Shown here: positions 62,082 through 64,000 of the stretch, in pieces | Layout of the letters: each line of letters opens with the position of its first letter | How positions within the stretch are numbered: position 1 is the stretch's first letter | Origin: an uncultured Gemmatimonadales bacterium | GTDB lineage: Bacteria > Gemmatimonadota > Gemmatimonadetes > Gemmatimonadales > Gemmatimonadaceae | NCBI GenBank assembly: GCA_963701965.1 | Contig: OY969695.1 | Coordinates: 4,672,001 to 4,736,000 of the forward strand | Direction of reading: 5' to 3' | DNA length: 64,000 nt | Program-made: the position numbers and the translations under genes | Notes under the pieces: generated by a model | Seen by the model: the letters and a program-made list of their open reading frames with translations, nothing else | What the model was told of the DNA's origin: nothing | Database searches by the model: none

Positions 62082-64000
62082 ATGCCCAGAGTCGTTCGTG
62101 TAGTCATCATCGTTGCGCTCATGCTGGTTGGCCACGAGGCGCGCGCCCAGCCATCGACCCGACGCATCGTGGGACGCGTCGTCCAGGGCGGCGATCGTCC
62201 CGTCGTGTCGGCGATCATCGCCATCGGCGATCGCACCGCGGGCATCGCGGTCGACGGTGCGGGGCGATTCACGATCCACGCGCCGAATGGCCCAGTGGTG
62301 TTGACCGTGCGCGCCATCGGATTCACACCGCGCACGGTGCCCGTCGCCGCTGGCGATTCGGTTCTCACGGTGGAGCTCACCACGCAGCCCTACACACTGG
62401 GCGAGATCGTGGTCTCGGGGAAGACATCGTCCCTCTCCCGCTCGACGGCGACGACGGCCGGATCGACGGTCAGCGCCGAGGAGATCGACCGGGCACCCGC
62501 CCAGTCACTGGAGCAGGCGCTCCAAGGCAAGGTCCTCGGCGCCACGATCAGCATGAACAGCGGAGCCCCGGGCGGCGGCGGACAGATTCAGATCCGGGGC
62601 GCGACGTCGATCCTGGGCAATGGGCAGCCGCTCGTGGTGGTCGATGGGACGATCATCTCGAACAATGCCTTCTCCTCCGGCGCCAACGGCGTGACCAAGG
62701 CGTCGCGGGGCATCGGGACGAACGGGACCAACGAGGACAACCCCGACGGCCGATTGGCGGACATCAATCCCGCCGAGATCGAGAGCATCGAGATCGTCAA
62801 GGATGCGGCGGCGACCGCGATCTACGGTTCGCGGGCTTCCAACGGCGTCGTCGTGATCCGCACGAAACGGGGGAGCGCGGGAAAGACCACGATCAACCTG
62901 AGTCAGCGGGTCGGAGTCAACACGCCACTCAAGGAACTGGGCTATCGGACGTTCGACAGCGTGGCGCAGGTCATCGCGATCCCGTTCGGCGAGGCCAACA
63001 ATGCCGCGGCCATCGCCTATCTCGACCAACGCTTCCCGCATGGAGTGATCCCCCGCTCGGCCAACGTCGATCTCGAGAAATCGTTCTTCGACAACCGCGA
63101 TCCGAGCTACGCCACCATCGTGAGCGCGAGCGGCGGGACCAACCAGACGAAATGGTACGCCTCGGGGACCAACCGCCTGGAAGCCGGTATCGCGCCCAAC
63201 ACGGACGCGCGTCTGCAATCGGCGCGGCTCAATCTCGACCAGGCATTCGGCAATCAGATGGAACGCGTCCTTGAGCGTCGACGTGCTGCGGAACACCAAC
63301 AACCGGGGCCTGGCCAACAACGACAACACGTTCACGAGTCCCGTGTACGCATTCGCCTATACGCCGGCGGTGTTCGACCTGCGGCAACGCGCCGCCGACG
63401 GGAGCTACATCCAGAATCCGATCTTTGGTGGCGGATCGGCGGCGTCGAATCCGTTCCAGACGTACCAGTATCTCAAGCTCACCGAGGACGTGACGCGAGG
63501 GCTGGGCAGCGCGACGTTGAGCTATACGGCGGTCGATGCCGGGGCAAACCGGGTGGTGCTGGCGGCGCTCGGCGGATTCGACCGCTACACGCAGTCCGGC
63601 GTGCTCGTGTCACCTGGCTTCCTGCAGTATGAAGGCGCGGACGGATTTTTCGGACGCAATGAGCAGACGACGGTCGAGGGACTGAATCAGAATGTTCAGG
63701 GCACCGTCACCTGGACGGTGACCCCCGTGCGCGCCCTCACGTTCGCCACCGCGCTGGGCGCCAGTGCCGAAAAGCAGTCGACGAACCAGTACGCGCTGCT
63801 GGGGAAGGGAACGCTGCCCGGCACCGCGACCGCCGCCCAGGGCAATCTCACCGACTTTCAGGCGATCACGGCTTTCGACGACCAGGCGCTCTTCGCCAGC
63901 GAACAGGTCACCGCGCTGGGCGAGCGGCTGGTGCTCAACGGCGGTGTCCGCGCCGATCGATCGAGCGCCAATGGCGACCCTGGACGCTACTACGTGTATC
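62082..64000 (+). CDS. SusC/RagA family TonB-dependent receptor (partial; frameshift near 63257)
   Basis: GGAG RBS, signal peptide, ALQGKV.G, IQIRG, PLVVVDG, DINPAEIESIEIVKDAAATAIYGSRASNGVVVIRTKRG. Continues in a shifted frame (WNASLSVDVL..) to the window end. Confidence 0.92.

Noticed and set aside
1..64000. CRISPR array, rRNA, prophage, transposase or reverse transcriptase
   Set aside because: No regularly spaced repeats or recognisable motifs for these were found.

Overview
High-GC bacterial chromosome segment. The gene families (ADOP permeases with PadR, TPR-tailed Ser/Thr kinase, SusC-like receptor, LVIVD proteins) suggest Gemmatimonadota; this is inference only. 1-9 kb is core (dxs, nadK, recN, tRNA-Gly-GCC). 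After the tRNA, about 9-33 kb is a plastic accessory region: three complete toxin-antitoxin pairs, an orphan HicA-like gene, three segmental duplications and many gene remnants, with no integrase or transposase. The remainder carries icmF, an ABC permease with PadR, a CHASE3/PAS kinase, bluB, a second carbonic anhydrase, cls, cocE, pheA, ilvD, a Zn-metalloprotease and a SusC-like TonB receptor running off the end. The most interesting unannotated signals are two ribosome-coupled attenuators below the ORF-track length cutoff. One is a Phe-rich leader with 1:2/2:3/3:4 hairpins before an ACT-less pheA. The other is a Cys/Met-rich leader with the same architecture before the SusC-like transporter. 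At least five genes also keep both termini but have lost their middles. Several single-base frameshifts may be sequencing error. All family calls come from motif recognition by eye, without database searches.
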